Shown here: piece after piece, positions 49,101 to 61,152 of the stretch
How positions within the stretch are numbered: position 1 is the stretch's first letter
How the letters are laid out: every line of letters begins with the position of its first letter
Assembly: GCF_006345805.1 (NCBI RefSeq)
Contig: NC_042998.1
Span: 169,570,001-169,634,000, forward strand
Length of the DNA stretch: 64,000 nt
Direction of reading: 5' to 3'
Origin: Octopus sinensis
Lineage: Eukaryota
The notes under the pieces: generated by a model
What the model was told of the DNA's origin: nothing
Databases searched by the model: none
What the model saw: only the letters and a program-made list of their open reading frames with translations
Made by a program: the position numbers and the translations under genes

Positions 49101-51906
49101 ATCATCATCATCGTTTAATGGCCGTTTTTCATGCTGGCATGTGTTGGACGGTTTGACTGAGGTTTGGGGAGCCATCGGCTGCACCAGGCTCCAATCTGAT
49201 CTCGCAGTGTTTCTACAGCTGGATGCTCTTCCTAACGCCAACCACTCCAAGAGTGTAGTGGGTGCTTTTATGTGCCACCGGCACAGGAGCCACTCAGTGG
49301 GGCCTGGCATTGAACACGTTCAGATAGTGCTTTTTACATGTCAGCAGCACGGGGGCCACTCAGTGGGTACTGCATCGGCAATGTTCAGATGGTGCTTTTT
49401 ACGTGCCACTGGCACAGGAGCCAGTCACGCAGACCTGACATTGACCATGTTCGGATGGTGCTTTTTACGTGCCACCAGCATGAGAGTTAGTCAGGTGGCA
49501 CTGGCTACAGCTATGATATTGGTTTTACTTGACTCAACAGGTCTTCCTAAGCATTTCATATCACCCGACGCATTAGGGGCACTCTTAACTGGGCTGGACA
49601 TGCATGGTTGCGATCTCACTTTAGTTGCTGAGTCATCTCAATCTCAGCATATCTCCAAAGTTCTTGGTCTGCTGTCATTACCTCTGTGAGACCCAATGTT
49701 TGAAGGTCATGCTTCACCACCTCATCCCATGTCTTCCTTGGCCTACCTCTTGCACAGGTTCCTTCCACAGTTAGAGAGTGGCTCTTCCTCACACAGCTCT
49801 CCTCATCAATGCATAACATGACCATACCAGCACAGTCATCTCTCTTGCATACCACATTTGATGCTTTTTATGCCCAACTTTTCTCTGAGGGCGCTTACAC
49901 TCTGTCATTGCACATCCAGTGGATCATACTAGCTTCATTTCTTTCAAGCCTATGCATGTCCTCAGCAGTCACAGCCCATGTTTGACTGCCGTGTAACATT
50001 GCAGTTCGCACGCATGCATCATACAGTCTGCCTTTTATCTTGAGTGAGAGGCTCTTCGTTGCCAGCAGAGGTAGGAGCTCCCCGAACTTTGCCCAGGTTA
50101 TTCTTATTCTAGCCGTTACACTCTCAAAGCAACCACCTTCACTACAGACTTGGTTGCCTAGGTAGTTGTAGCAATTAACTACTTCTAGTTTCTCCCCATG
50201 GCATGTGATGGAATCTGTTTTCTATACATTTTCAGTGTTTATTACCCTTGTGTATCTGCCATACACAAACACTATTTTCCCTGTTAACCTTCCTTTGGTA
50301 TTGCTGCACCTTTTCTGTGTCCACAGCTTACATCAGGAACATTGTATGGAGTTTGTACCCACACCTTTTCTACAGATTGAGCAGAGCCATCTACCTGAAG
50401 GGGTTTGTGATTTGACAATCTTCCTACTTACTAAGATTGGTTTTTGCTAGGTTAACCCAAAGGCCCTTTGATTCTAGACCTAGCTTCCACACCCTAAACT
50501 TCGTCTCCAGTTCTGGCAGTGACTCAGCTATTAGAGCAAGGTCATCAGCATAGAGGAGCTCTTAGAGGCAGCCTGTCTTGAATTCTTTTGTTATTGCTTG
50601 GAGGACTATAATGAATAAGAGGGTGCTGAGGACTGATCTTTGGTGGATCCCTTCTACTTGGAATTCTTCACTTTACTCGTTGCCAACCCTCACCTTACTG
50701 ATAGCATCCCTGTACAGGGCTTGTACGGCTCTTACCAACCATTCACCTATCCCCAGTTTCTGCATTGACCACCAGATAAGGGAATGGGGGACCCTGTCAA
50801 AGGCTTTCTCCAAGTCAACAAAAGCCAAGCACAGTGGTTTATCTTTGGCTAGATATTTCTCCTGCAGTTGCCTTACCAGAAATATAGCATCAGTGGTGCT
50901 TCTGCCTGGCACAAAACCAAACAGCATCTCATCTGTCCCTAATTAGTTGGGCTATGACCCTCTCTGTGACTTTCATCACCTGATCCAATAATTTGATACC
51001 CCTATAGTTATTTCTATCTAAAGCATCACCTTTACCCTTGTAACAGTTGACTGGTGCTGCTTCAGTCATTGTGTATGACTCCTTCATGAACTACCTGATT
51101 TACAATACGGGCAACTAGACCATAACCCACACCACCCAATAAGCATCTCAGCAATTATTCCTTCTTCATATCCTTAATTGCTTTATCTACTAGGGTACTG
51201 TCGATTTGGGTAGCTGGTCCTCAATTGGGTCAACCTTTAGCAGATTCTCCTCCTCCCATTCATTCTCCACATTCAGCAGTCTTTTATAATGGCATCTCCA
51301 AGCGTCTTTCTTTGCAGAATGATTAAACGCAAGGGCACCATCATCCATGTGGACACATTTCTCTCCTATGACATCACAGTTTTCTTTCACACACTGTCTT
51401 GCAATCTGAAATACTTCAGTTCTTTGGTCCTCACATCACTGAGCATAGGCAAACTTCTTTTCTGCTACTCCCTTGGCTGTATATAACTATCTCCTAGCTT
51501 TCCTTTTGGCTATCTGATACATTCTCTTGCAACCCCCACTCTTCCAGGCCTTTCAAGTCTGTTTCTTTGTTCTAATGGCCCTGTCTACAGTATTGTTTCA
51601 CCACCATGTTACCCTAGGTGTGGAAGGGACTTTGCACCAGCCACAGATTTGGTCTGTGGCACTCAGCAAGCTGTCCCACAGGAATTCCCAGCTGCCTTCT
51701 ATGTCACAAGACTGTAGCTCTTCTTCCCTATCATCAAATTTCTCGGTAAGGATATTCCTAAATCTCTGACTGTGCAAAGGGTTCTTAAGCTTCCAAGTCC
51801 TTCTTTTCCAGATTGGTCTGCTTTTTGGCATCCTTCTGGCCTCGAGTCTAAAGTCACTAACAACTAGTCTATGTTGGGTGGTACATTCTTCACCAGGGAG
51901 GGTCTG
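49101..51906 (-). mobile_element. RTE-clade LINE, 5'-truncated: end of the AP endonuclease, RT, C-terminus, 3' UTR and (TGA)n tail
   Basis: LPGEECTTQHRLVVSDF; FGFVPGRSTTDAIFLVRQLQEKY..AFVDLEKAFDRVP; LLYADDLAL (50482-50493 encodes YADD); GRPRKTWDEVVKHDL; multiple stops and frameshifts. Confidence 0.95.
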
Positions 51907-51960
51907 TGTGTGTGTGTATGTATTTATGTATGTATGTATATATATATATATATATATATA

Positions 51961-52118
51961 CTTTATTTAACAAAAACTGTCCGACGAACGGGAACGTGAA
52001 ACTCAGAGTAACAGGTTTTGTTGAATTTCTGCTGCTTTTAAATAAAGCATATTACTCTACCCCTGGTATTTGAGTACTCTTTATTCCACCTTGTTTCACA
52101 TTTATGTGTTTACTCCGG
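51961..52118 (+). mobile_element. 158-bp hammerhead-bearing pLTR-like insertion within (TA)n
   Basis: Bounded on both sides by (TA)n; begins with ctttatttaa, the inverse of ttaaataaag at 52038-52047. Confidence 0.7.
51973..52019 (+). ncRNA. Minimal type-I hammerhead fold (U4C variant), the best-formed copy in the window
   Basis: AAAACTGT | CCGACGA | ACG ggaa CGT | GAAA CTC a GAG T A | ACAG g TTTT. Stem I has 8 bp with one bulge, stem II has a GNRA loop and stem III has 4 bp; predicted cleavage is after 52010. Confidence 0.75.
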
Positions 52119-54094
52119 TATATATATATATATATATATATATATTTACTGTCCTACCCATGCTCACCGTCCAACCCATGCTAGCATGGAAAACGGACGT
52201 TAAACGATGATGATATATATAAATAATTAAATGAGGCAGCTACTTATCAGAGTTTCACCAAAGAGGAAAATAATAATTGTTATTAAATATGACTGAGGCT
52301 GTTAGAACACCTACACTGTGTGTGTGTATGTGTAAAAGACTAATACTACCATGCGTCATTTTGTGTTGATGTATGGGCAGGGGAAAATACTATAAAAGTT
52401 ACTTTCCATGCGTTCGCTATTTTACCCTCGTTCAGGTCTAATGACCGTCCATGTTTGTTTTTGTTCAGTTTCCTTGTATGTCTCCACTCTCCTGTTTTTG
52501 CTCCCCACTTTGATCCTCCATAAATCCCATATTTTATTTAGGTATTTGTGGGAGCAGTTACCTTCAAAGACTCATATTGTTGTTCAATACTCAGAATGAG
52601 GAGTAGATAGGCAGCTGACAAGTGATGAAGGGTCATCTTTATATTACTTGTCCTGTTTTCCATTTGTTTCTCTTGTTACTTGCATATTGAACTCATTTGT
52701 TTCAGTATTTCTCAAATATATAACATAGTAAATTTGATAGACTAAAAATTAACTGAGATTATCCTTGCAATTAAGAGAAAAATCCCTGCAAGTAAGGGAA
52801 ACAACTCCAACTATTTCAGATAATTGAAATTTATGAAAAATTAAGTCAATGTAAATTCAGTGAAGTTTCCAACTTACTGAATGTTACATATGTGGGACTG
52901 TATATATTTAGATATCCTGCAGTAGCCACCTTAAGAAATCTTTCTGAGGGAGATTTTGCTTTCCAATTGCTTAGATAATTTCATCATCACCATCATCATT
53001 GTTTTACTTTCCACTTATCCATACTCACATAGGTCACAGAGAATTTATTGAGGCAAATTATCGATGGCCAGATGCCCTACTTGTTGCCAACTAAGGTAAT
53101 ATTTCCCTATGGTCAGACTTGTTTTCACAGAAGTTTGTGAGAGAAACCACTTGTATGACAATGATGCTTGTTTAACAACTATCATATGAAGTCCTGACAA
53201 GGAAACAATAACACATGGACACACTTACATATGCATTCATAACCACACATACACACACATGTATGTACATATGATAGGCTTTTTTCAGTTTCTGTCCATC
53301 AAAGTCACTCACATAGTCTGGTACTATAGTAAAAGACATTTGCCCAAGGTGTCACGCTGTGGGACTGAACCCAAAACCATGTGGTTGGGAAGCAAGTTTC
53401 TTACCATGCAGCCACACTTGTCAGTTAATAGGAGTTTTTCAAGTCACTATATTACACATGTTAGACCCTATAATACTTCTATTTATTATGCAGAATGTAC
53501 CTATGATGTATTTTCCATCAGCTATTTTGTTGATGTTTAGAAGCCTTTTGTGTCATTCAATCACTCATCCTCTATAGCTAAAGGAAGAATTTGCTGTTTC
53601 CTTTTGCCCTCAAATACATGAACTGTCATTTGACATTTGTATTTGATTTTCATTCTAAACCTATTTAGGCTTTCCTGCAGAATAAAAGTAGGTCATTTAA
53701 CGGAGAGTGCAATTAATATTGTGCTTAAAGGGCAAGTGTAAATAATGGGGTTAGAAAAATCTATGAATGAATTTTTTCAGGGTATCTAGATTTATATCTC
53801 ACCATTGGGCTGTTTAACTTAAAGTACACTCTGATTGAGTAGCTCTTTGATCAAAACAGTCCAGCTGTGATTATCTGATTTTCCCCTTCAGATAGTGTAG
53901 CTATAACTACATTATTTAGTATGGACTTCCTTTTCTAAGGATTATAGGATGTGATTCAGAGTTAATTTGACTTCTATTTTAACCTTTTCATTACTCTGTT
54001 TCTGTTGAAATACACTTCATTTGTTTAAAATATTTTTGAATATAATAAAGAATTTATTAAAATGACTTTAGAACTGTAATGTTGTATGATAGTG

Positions 54095-54455
54095 ACATAT
54101 GGGTCTTCAATGCAGACAACTCAAGAAGACTGGAAAGAAATGAAGCAAACACGCTCTGTTGGATGTGCAACGTAAGTGTGCATGAGTGACAAAGTACAAA
54201 TGCATTGAGAGAAAAAACGGATATAAGAGAAACCAGTCGTAGTGTGCAAGAATTTAGAACTGCACTGGTATGGACATGTGATGTATACGGATGAGGATAT
54301 CTGAATAAAGAAATGCCAGTCACTTAATGTGAATAGAGCTTGCAACAGTGGGTGACCCAAGAAGACATGAGATGACAGGGTGAAGGCTGATCTCAGAACC
54401 TTGAACCTCACAGAGGAGAGAACAAAGAGCTTGTATGACAGGTGGTGTGTGATTC
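54095..54455 (+). mobile_element. RTE LINE C-terminal fragment
   Basis: RRLERNEASTLCWMCNVSVHE*QSTNALREK..LHWYGHVMYTDED..PKKT*DDRVKADLRTLNLTEE, homologous to 49620-49990 on the - strand. Confidence 0.85.
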
Positions 54456-54467
54456 TTTAGAAGACCT

Positions 54468-54825
54468 GATGGAAGCACTCCGTCGGTTACGACGACGAGG
54501 GCTCCGGTTGATCCGATCAACGGAACAGCCTGCTCGTGAAATTAACGTGTAAGTGGCTGAGCACTCCACAGACACGTGTACCCTTAACGTAGTTCTCGGG
54601 GATATTCAGCGTGACACAGAGAGTGACAAGGCTGGCCCTTTGAAATACAGGTACAACAGAAACAGGAAGTAAGAGTGAGAGAAAGTTGTGGTGAAAGAGT
54701 ACAGCAGGGATCGCGACCATCCCTGCCGGAGCCTCGTGGAGCTTTAGGTGTTTTCGCTCAATAAACACTCACAATGCCCGGTCTGGGAATCGAAACCGCG
54801 AGTCGCAATGGCCCAGTGGTTTAGA
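54468..54825 (-). mobile_element. SINE family C with a rearranged head
   Basis: Body closely matches 32215-32530; the A-box segment is inverted at 54805-54821. Confidence 0.9.
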
Positions 54826-55274
54826 AGACCTATGCACTTCAGCAAAAAAAAAAAAAATGTTTCTGGAAGTACAAGGTATATGACTGGGCCTCATGCCTAG
54901 TTTCCTCCAAGACATTCCCATCATCCTTCATCTCTCTGATGGCACTATTCTGCTGCTGTAATTAAATGTAAGCAGAATTGCATACTTCACCAGCTTTTTC
55001 CTGATTCCACTTATCTTTCTTACTACCTAGTCTGTTTCTCATTCTTAATATTATCCTTTCCACCAACATTTTACATTGACCACTCCCTGAGCACTCAATT
55101 ATCTCCTCCACCTCCATATATCTCTCTATCTTCCCAATCACTATATTTGCTCCACACTCTTATAACTTACCCAACCATGTGTCACTTCTTTCTCTCTTCA
55201 TCCCTCTCCCCTTGTCTTTTATTCTTGCACAATCTTCCATTCATGTCAGTCTTACCAGCTTGAGAAGATTTGAC

Positions 55275-55321
<47 letters not shown>

Positions 55322-55526
55322 CATACATGTGTAGCGTTGATTAGAAATACCTTCTTTCCCCACAGACTAATAACAGTTAAGATATATATTTTTTCAACTA
55401 ATTTTATTGTATTTTATAGTAGGTTATTTTAATTGCTTATTGGATGTAACTTTCTATGTACATTCCATACAATAAGGTTATCCTGAAACAGGAGTTGCGG
55501 TCCTATTGGTAAAATCCCAAATTTTG

Positions 55527-55579
<53 letters not shown>

Positions 55580-55580
<1 letters not shown>

Positions 55581-55982
55581 TTATTTTTTTACTTGTTTCA
55601 GTCATTTGACTGCAACCATGCTGGAGCACCACCTTAAAGAGTTTTAATTGAAGAAATCAACCTTAGGACTTATTCTTTGTAAACCTAGTACTTATTCTAT
55701 CATTCTCTTTTACTGAATTGCTAAGTTACCAGAACATAAACACACCAACATCGGTTGTCAAGTGATGGTGGAGTGACAAAGACACACGTGCGCGCACACA
55801 CACACACGCACGCACGCACATATATATGGCAGGCTTCTTTCAGTTTCTGTCTTCCAAATCCACTCACAAGGCTTTGGTTGGCCCGAGGCTATAGTAGAAA
55901 ACACTTGCCCAAGGTGCCCTGCAGTGGGATTGAACCTGGAACTATGTGGTTGGGAAGCAAGCTTCTTACCACACAGCCACTA
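55580..55982 (-). mobile_element. SINE family B (CpG-decayed)
   Basis: Full reverse-complement match. Further fragments lie at about 48925-49050, 53275-53420, 56115-56230 and 58110-58320. Confidence 0.85.
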
Positions 55983-57179
55983 CACAAATTTTAAGTTTGA
56001 ATTCTGCCAGTTTTATCGTTGCTCTTAAATCCTAAAATGTGGTCACCTTCACTTTTTAAAAAATATATATTATCTAAGACTGCTCTGTGCAATATTTCTT
56101 TTTAATACAGTAGGATCTGGTTCCTTGGACAAGTGTCTTCTGCTCTAACTCTGGACAGATCAAAGCCTTGTGAGGTGAATTTGGTAGATGGAAACTGAAA
56201 GAAGCCTGTTGTATATGTATGTATTTGTGTGTGTTTGTATTTCTTTGTCTTGGCATCCTGGGATAATTGGAAATGCTAATCACTGCCATTCATTTTCAAT
56301 ATTTTGCAACTAGTGAGGGTTGTTGACAGGAAGAGCGTGCAGACTTAGAAAATCTGCTTACCCATGTAAGCATGGAAAAGTGGATGTGAAACTGATGATG
56401 ATGATATTGTATGTTCTACTGCCATCTGTTAAATTTTCTATGGTTTGAAGTGAAAATATGGTTTGTAGCAGGAGTCAGAGATTGAGAGATTTGATGTTTA
56501 AAAGTGGGCAGTGGTGTGATTCTGTATGAGAACCATCACCTGTACCTACTCATGTAACCTATTTACAAGTAGCTCAGCTGAGCCAATTGAGAGCTTAATG
56601 TCTTAGTCTGTCTACACAGTGCAGTGCCTAGTAGCTCAACATGGAATCAAGGGTTCTTTGATTAGCAGCTCAGTCCGGTATTGATTCAGTCAGCTGTAAC
56701 TATTAGAATAATGTATAATTGGTATTTAATTCAGGATAATCGGTTTCTCTTTTGTGTTGCTAAGTAAATTCATCTGTCTGATGGAATAATGTTTGGACTG
56801 TTCTTGTTAACCCCTTTTTTCCTGAAATGGATTGATCTTTCATTATGTAGTCTTTTATTCTGTGTTTACCAAAGATTGGCAAAACAATGCAAGTTAATTG
56901 AATCCAACAAAAAGGTTTGTCAAACAATCTTTAGGAATCATTTACACACACACACACACTAATACTCATGCACACACATGCACAAATCAATACTGAGGAG
57001 TTGTTATATTTGTTTTGTAATGTGTACTGAATGACTTCATGAGCTGCTAAAGGTATACTGTGTGTGTGTGTGTCTGTGTGTGTGTGCATGCACACACATG
57101 TCCTGTTCTATAAACTCACACAGAGAAAATATAAGACATACATGCCAGTAAAGTTACAGTGAATAGGCAGAAATATTAC

Positions 57180-58025
57180 AAGGATGGTACTTGTTTTATC
57201 GACCCCAAAAGGATGAAAGGCAAAGTCCACCTCGGCAGAATTTGAACTCAGAACATAAAATCAGACAAAATGCTGCTAAGCATTTTTCCTGGTGCAGTAA
57301 TGCTTCTGTTAGCTCACTGCCTTAAATATCTGTAATATTAAATGTTGTTCATTTATGTTTTAGTACAGGTAGGTTTTCATCCTGTATACATCATTCATTT
57401 TTCTGTTTTTACATCATACCTCCATGCTAGTATTATCATTTAAAAGCATTTACTGTAGAACTTTCACAAGAATTTATATGATATATTATTCAATAATGAA
57501 TTATATTGATTGCTATGAACTTCTAGCTTAGAGTAAGTAGTAGTTTAGAAACAAAGAGATTTAGTTGTTGGTGGGATGGTCATCATTAGAAAGGGCAATA
57601 ATCAATATATTATATGTACTATAATCACATCAGACCTGTATATGATATAGTGAACGTTGTTAACTAAAAGGTACGCTCCTGGAAAATAGAGGATGACTCA
57701 GTTTTTGGTTCTTAATTGTAGTCATGTAACTTTACCCTAGAGAAGCCTGGCCATCATACAATCTCCTTTAAGCCTTGAAGTCTTTCACTATATAAGAAAC
57801 ACTATGTATGGTATTGGTTTCAAATGTGGGCACAAGGCCAGCAATTTCTGGGATGGGTATAAGTTGATTACATCGATCCCAGTGCTTAACTACTTATTTT
57901 GTCAATCAGAAAAGGATGAAAGGTGAAGGTGTCTCAGCAATATTTGAACTCAGAATGTAAAGTTGGAAGAAAGGCTGCTCAGCAATTTTCAGGCAGGTAA
58001 CGATATTGTCAGTTCACTGCCTGCC
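57180..58025 (-). mobile_element. Two CpG-decayed SINE family A copies (57180-57325 and 57810-58025)
   Basis: Reverse-complement matches with CG changed to TG/CA at most consensus CpGs. Confidence 0.85.
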
Positions 58026-58360
58026 TTCTATGTGTAATATATTGACTTAAATATGCTGATTTGTGTGTGTGTGTGTTTGAGAGACAGACAAAGGGAGAGT
58101 TATATATCTTCTGCTTTCATCTTTTACGTGTTTCAGTTTATGGACTGTGGCCATGCTGGAGCACTGCCTTGAAGGGTTTAATCAAACAAATCAACCCCAG
58201 TACTTATTTTTAAGCCTGATAATTATTTTATTGGTTTCTTTTTGCTGAACTACTAAATCATTGGAGCATAAACAAACCAACATCTGTTGTCAAGTGGTGA
58301 AAGGGGACAGACCACATACATACATAATTGCATGTGAGCGTGTGCACACATGTACGTATG

Positions 58361-58402
<42 letters not shown>

Positions 58403-58489
58403 ATATATAGCATTCAAAGACAGTTGCTCCCATAACTTCCAATATATATATACACACACACACACACACAGAGGCTGCGTAAGGTATTT

Positions 58490-58720
58490 GAGAGCTGGCA
58501 GAAACGTTAGCACATCGGGCGAAATTAGTGGTATTTCGTCTGCCGTTACGTTTAAGTTCAAATTCCGCCGAGGTCAACTTTGCCTTTCATCCTTTCGGGG
58601 GTCGATTAAATAAGTACCAGTTACGCACTGGGGTCGATATAATCGACTTAATCCGTTTGTCTGTCCTTGTTTGTCCCCTCTGTGTTTAGCCCCTTGTGGG
58701 TAGTAAAGAAATAGGTATTT
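58490..58720 (+). mobile_element. Young SINE family A
   Basis: Highly similar to 19807-20040 with most CpGs intact. Confidence 0.9.
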
Positions 58721-58789
58721 GAGAACATACCTTTTTTGTGTCATTGCTGCATTTTTTGCTAACTCTGTATAATCTTTGTTTCAGAAAAT

Positions 58790-59258
58790 AATAATACATG
58801 ATCCATACATGATCAGTTATACCCAATTTATCAATATCTCCTTGTGTCACAGCTTTGCGATGTTCATCTACCCTTATTTTGAGGAGGCGCCATGTTTCGC
58901 CTTTGTATAACCTACCACAGCTGCATGGGATGGAGTACACGCAGTCTTTGGTAATATTCTCTTCTATTGGTGGTTTTACTCAAAGGAGATATTTGCGAAG
59001 TATTGTATTACTTTTGAATACCGTCCTGATATCATATGGGGTGCATATCTTTTGTATCTTTTCGGAGAGGCTTTTCACATAAGGTAGAAAGACTGTGGAC
59101 AGTTTATTGGTTTCATCCCCTCTTTTCTTCATAATTGGAGTGGATATTATGTTTTTGGGGTAGTTGTTACTTAATAGATTGTTACTTAGGTTGATCATTT
59201 CTTTCTGGTGGGTATCATGATTGCTACTTATATTCTTTGCTCAATGTTTTAGGTACTG
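58790..59258 (-). mobile_element. Penelope-like element fragment: RT thumb/linker and GIY-YIG endonuclease
   Basis: H*AKNISSNHDTHQKEMINLSNNLLSNNYPK..VFLPYVKSLSEKIQKICTPYDIRTVFKSNTILRKYL and YSIPCSCGRLYKGETWRLLKIRVDEHRKAV..GITDHVW (PLE 'VY.IPC.C...YIGET.R....R..EH'). Confidence 0.9.
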
Positions 59259-59261
59259 AGC

Positions 59262-59400
59262 AATCTCTCTCTTTACACTATATGGAAATTTGGAAATTTC
59301 CCCAAGAGACCTGATGAAGGCTGGAGGGTATATCAACTGAAACATTGTGATAACAACAAACAAGATGAGCACAAATATCTGTCAAATGTAAATAATGTAC
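59262..59400 (+). mobile_element. Inverted pLTR at the 5' junction of the PLE fragment, with a decayed hammerhead (59309-59348)
   Basis: AC | CTGATGA A | GGCTG gagggtatat CAACT | GAAA C A T T | GT; canonical core with damaged stems, oriented opposite to the adjacent ORF. Confidence 0.7.
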
Positions 59401-59436
59401 TAGTGGTACCATTTTCACCCTCATGCTCTGCATTTT

Positions 59437-59469
<33 letters not shown>

Positions 59470-59473
<4 letters not shown>

Positions 59474-59900
59474 GGCAGAATTGTTAGCATGCCAGGCAAA
59501 ATGCTTAGTGGCATTTTGTCTGTTCTGAGTTCAAATTCCGACGAGGTTGACTTTGCCTTTCATCCTTTCAGGGTTAGTAAAATAAGTACCAGTTGAGTAT
59601 TGGAATCGATGTAATTGATTTACCCACTCTCCCAAAATTTCAGGCCTTATGCCTATAGTAGAAAGGTTTATTATTATTATTATTATTAAGGCAGCGAGCT
59701 GGCAGAAATGTTAGCATGCTGAATGAAATGCTTAGCGGTATTTTGTTTGCTGCTACATTCCGAGTTCAAATTCCACCGAGGTTGACTTTGCCTTTCATCC
59801 TTTTGGGGTTGATAAATTAAGTACCAGTGAAACACTGGGGTCAATGTAATCGACTAGTCCCCTCCCTCCAAATTTCAAGCCTTGTGCCTTTAGTAGAAAT
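59470..59900 (+). mobile_element. Two SINE family A copies chained by (ATT)n (a third, partial copy lies at about 60420-60570)
   Basis: (ATT)n-AAGGC head junctions at about 59470 and 59686. Confidence 0.85.
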
Positions 59901-59921
59901 GATTATCATCATTATTATTGA

Positions 59922-60420
59922 TTGAGAGAGCAGCGTATGCCATCAAAGTGACACTGGGGTACACTATATGAAACCCAATATACCCATTATGACTACTCGT
60001 CTAATAAGGGTACACCAGGCACATAAATCACAATCATGTGTACAACATGGTGATCTTATATCAAGTTAAACAATGCATGACCTTGCAGGTGGAGCCCAGT
60101 TAGAATTTTCTTCTGGTTGAGTAGCCCATCCCATTCAAAAGGTCCTTAAATAAGGGTTGTTTAAAGGTGTTGAACAAAATACCTATGTTTCCAGAGGTGA
60201 ATTATTCAAATTCCAATGAATTCCTCTCAACACATGGCTACGATGCTCCCCCACTACCTCTCCTCTTGATCAAAGATGCACATATCATCAGCCACTAAGG
60301 AACATGCTCAAGCAGTTTAAGTCAAAAAACTGACAAGCAAATCTGTGATATTGAGCAGAATATTTGCTGTAGCCCATCTTTTTATACCAAGATAAAACAT
60401 GTTCACGATAACACTTCCAA
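59922..60420 (-). mobile_element. Family F retroposon-like element, copy 1 (strand assignment is relative only)
   Basis: Matches 60598-61152 along its length and lacks the last 60 or so bp. Confidence 0.8.
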
Positions 60421-60597
60421 CCATTTTCTTTATGTTCTGGGTTTAAATTCTGTCAAGGTCAACTTTACCTTTCATCCTTTCAGGGTCGATAAAATAAGTA
60501 CCGGTTGGGGTGAATGTAATCAACTAGCTCCTTCCTCTAAATTTCAAGCCTTGTGCAAGAAAAGATGATTATTATTATTATTATTATTATTATTATT

Positions 60598-61152
60598 GAG
60601 TGAGAGAGCAGTGCATGCCATCAAAGTGACACTGGGGTAAAATATACGAAGCCCAGTATACCCATCATGACTACCCGTCTGATAAGGGTACACTAGGCAC
60701 ATGCATCACAACCATATGTGCGCGACATGGTGATCTCATATGGAGATAAATAGCACATGACCTTGCAGGTGGGGCCCAGTTAGAATTTTCTTCAGGTCGA
60801 GTAACCCATTCCACTCGAAAGGTCCCTGAATAAGGGTTGTTTAAGGATGTTGAACGAAACACCCATGTTTCCAGAGGTGAATTATTCAAACCCCAAAGAA
60901 TCCCTCTCAACACATGGCTATGATGCTCCCCCACTACTTCTGCTTGTGATCAGAGATGCACATATCGTCAGACACTAAGGGACATGCTCAACTGGTTAAA
61001 GTCAAACAACTGACAAGCAAATCTGTGGTATTGAGCAGAATATTTGCTGTAGCCCATCTTTTATACCAAGACAAAACAATGTACATGATAACACTTCCAA
61101 TCAGTTAAGATCAGAAGCCATGAGAGCCACTGCCTGGTACTGCATCAGGGCT
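60598..61152 (-). mobile_element. Family F element, copy 2: about 555 bp, non-coding, (ATT)n on both sides
   Basis: gagtgagagagcagtgcatgcc ... ggtactgcatcagggc; no tRNA head, TIR or recognisable ORF. Confidence 0.8.

Noticed and set aside
48988-49689. The longest ORF (233 aa) as a gene
   Set aside because: It runs across a SINE B head, a microsatellite and the antisense strand of the RTE 3' UTR, and has no protein motif.
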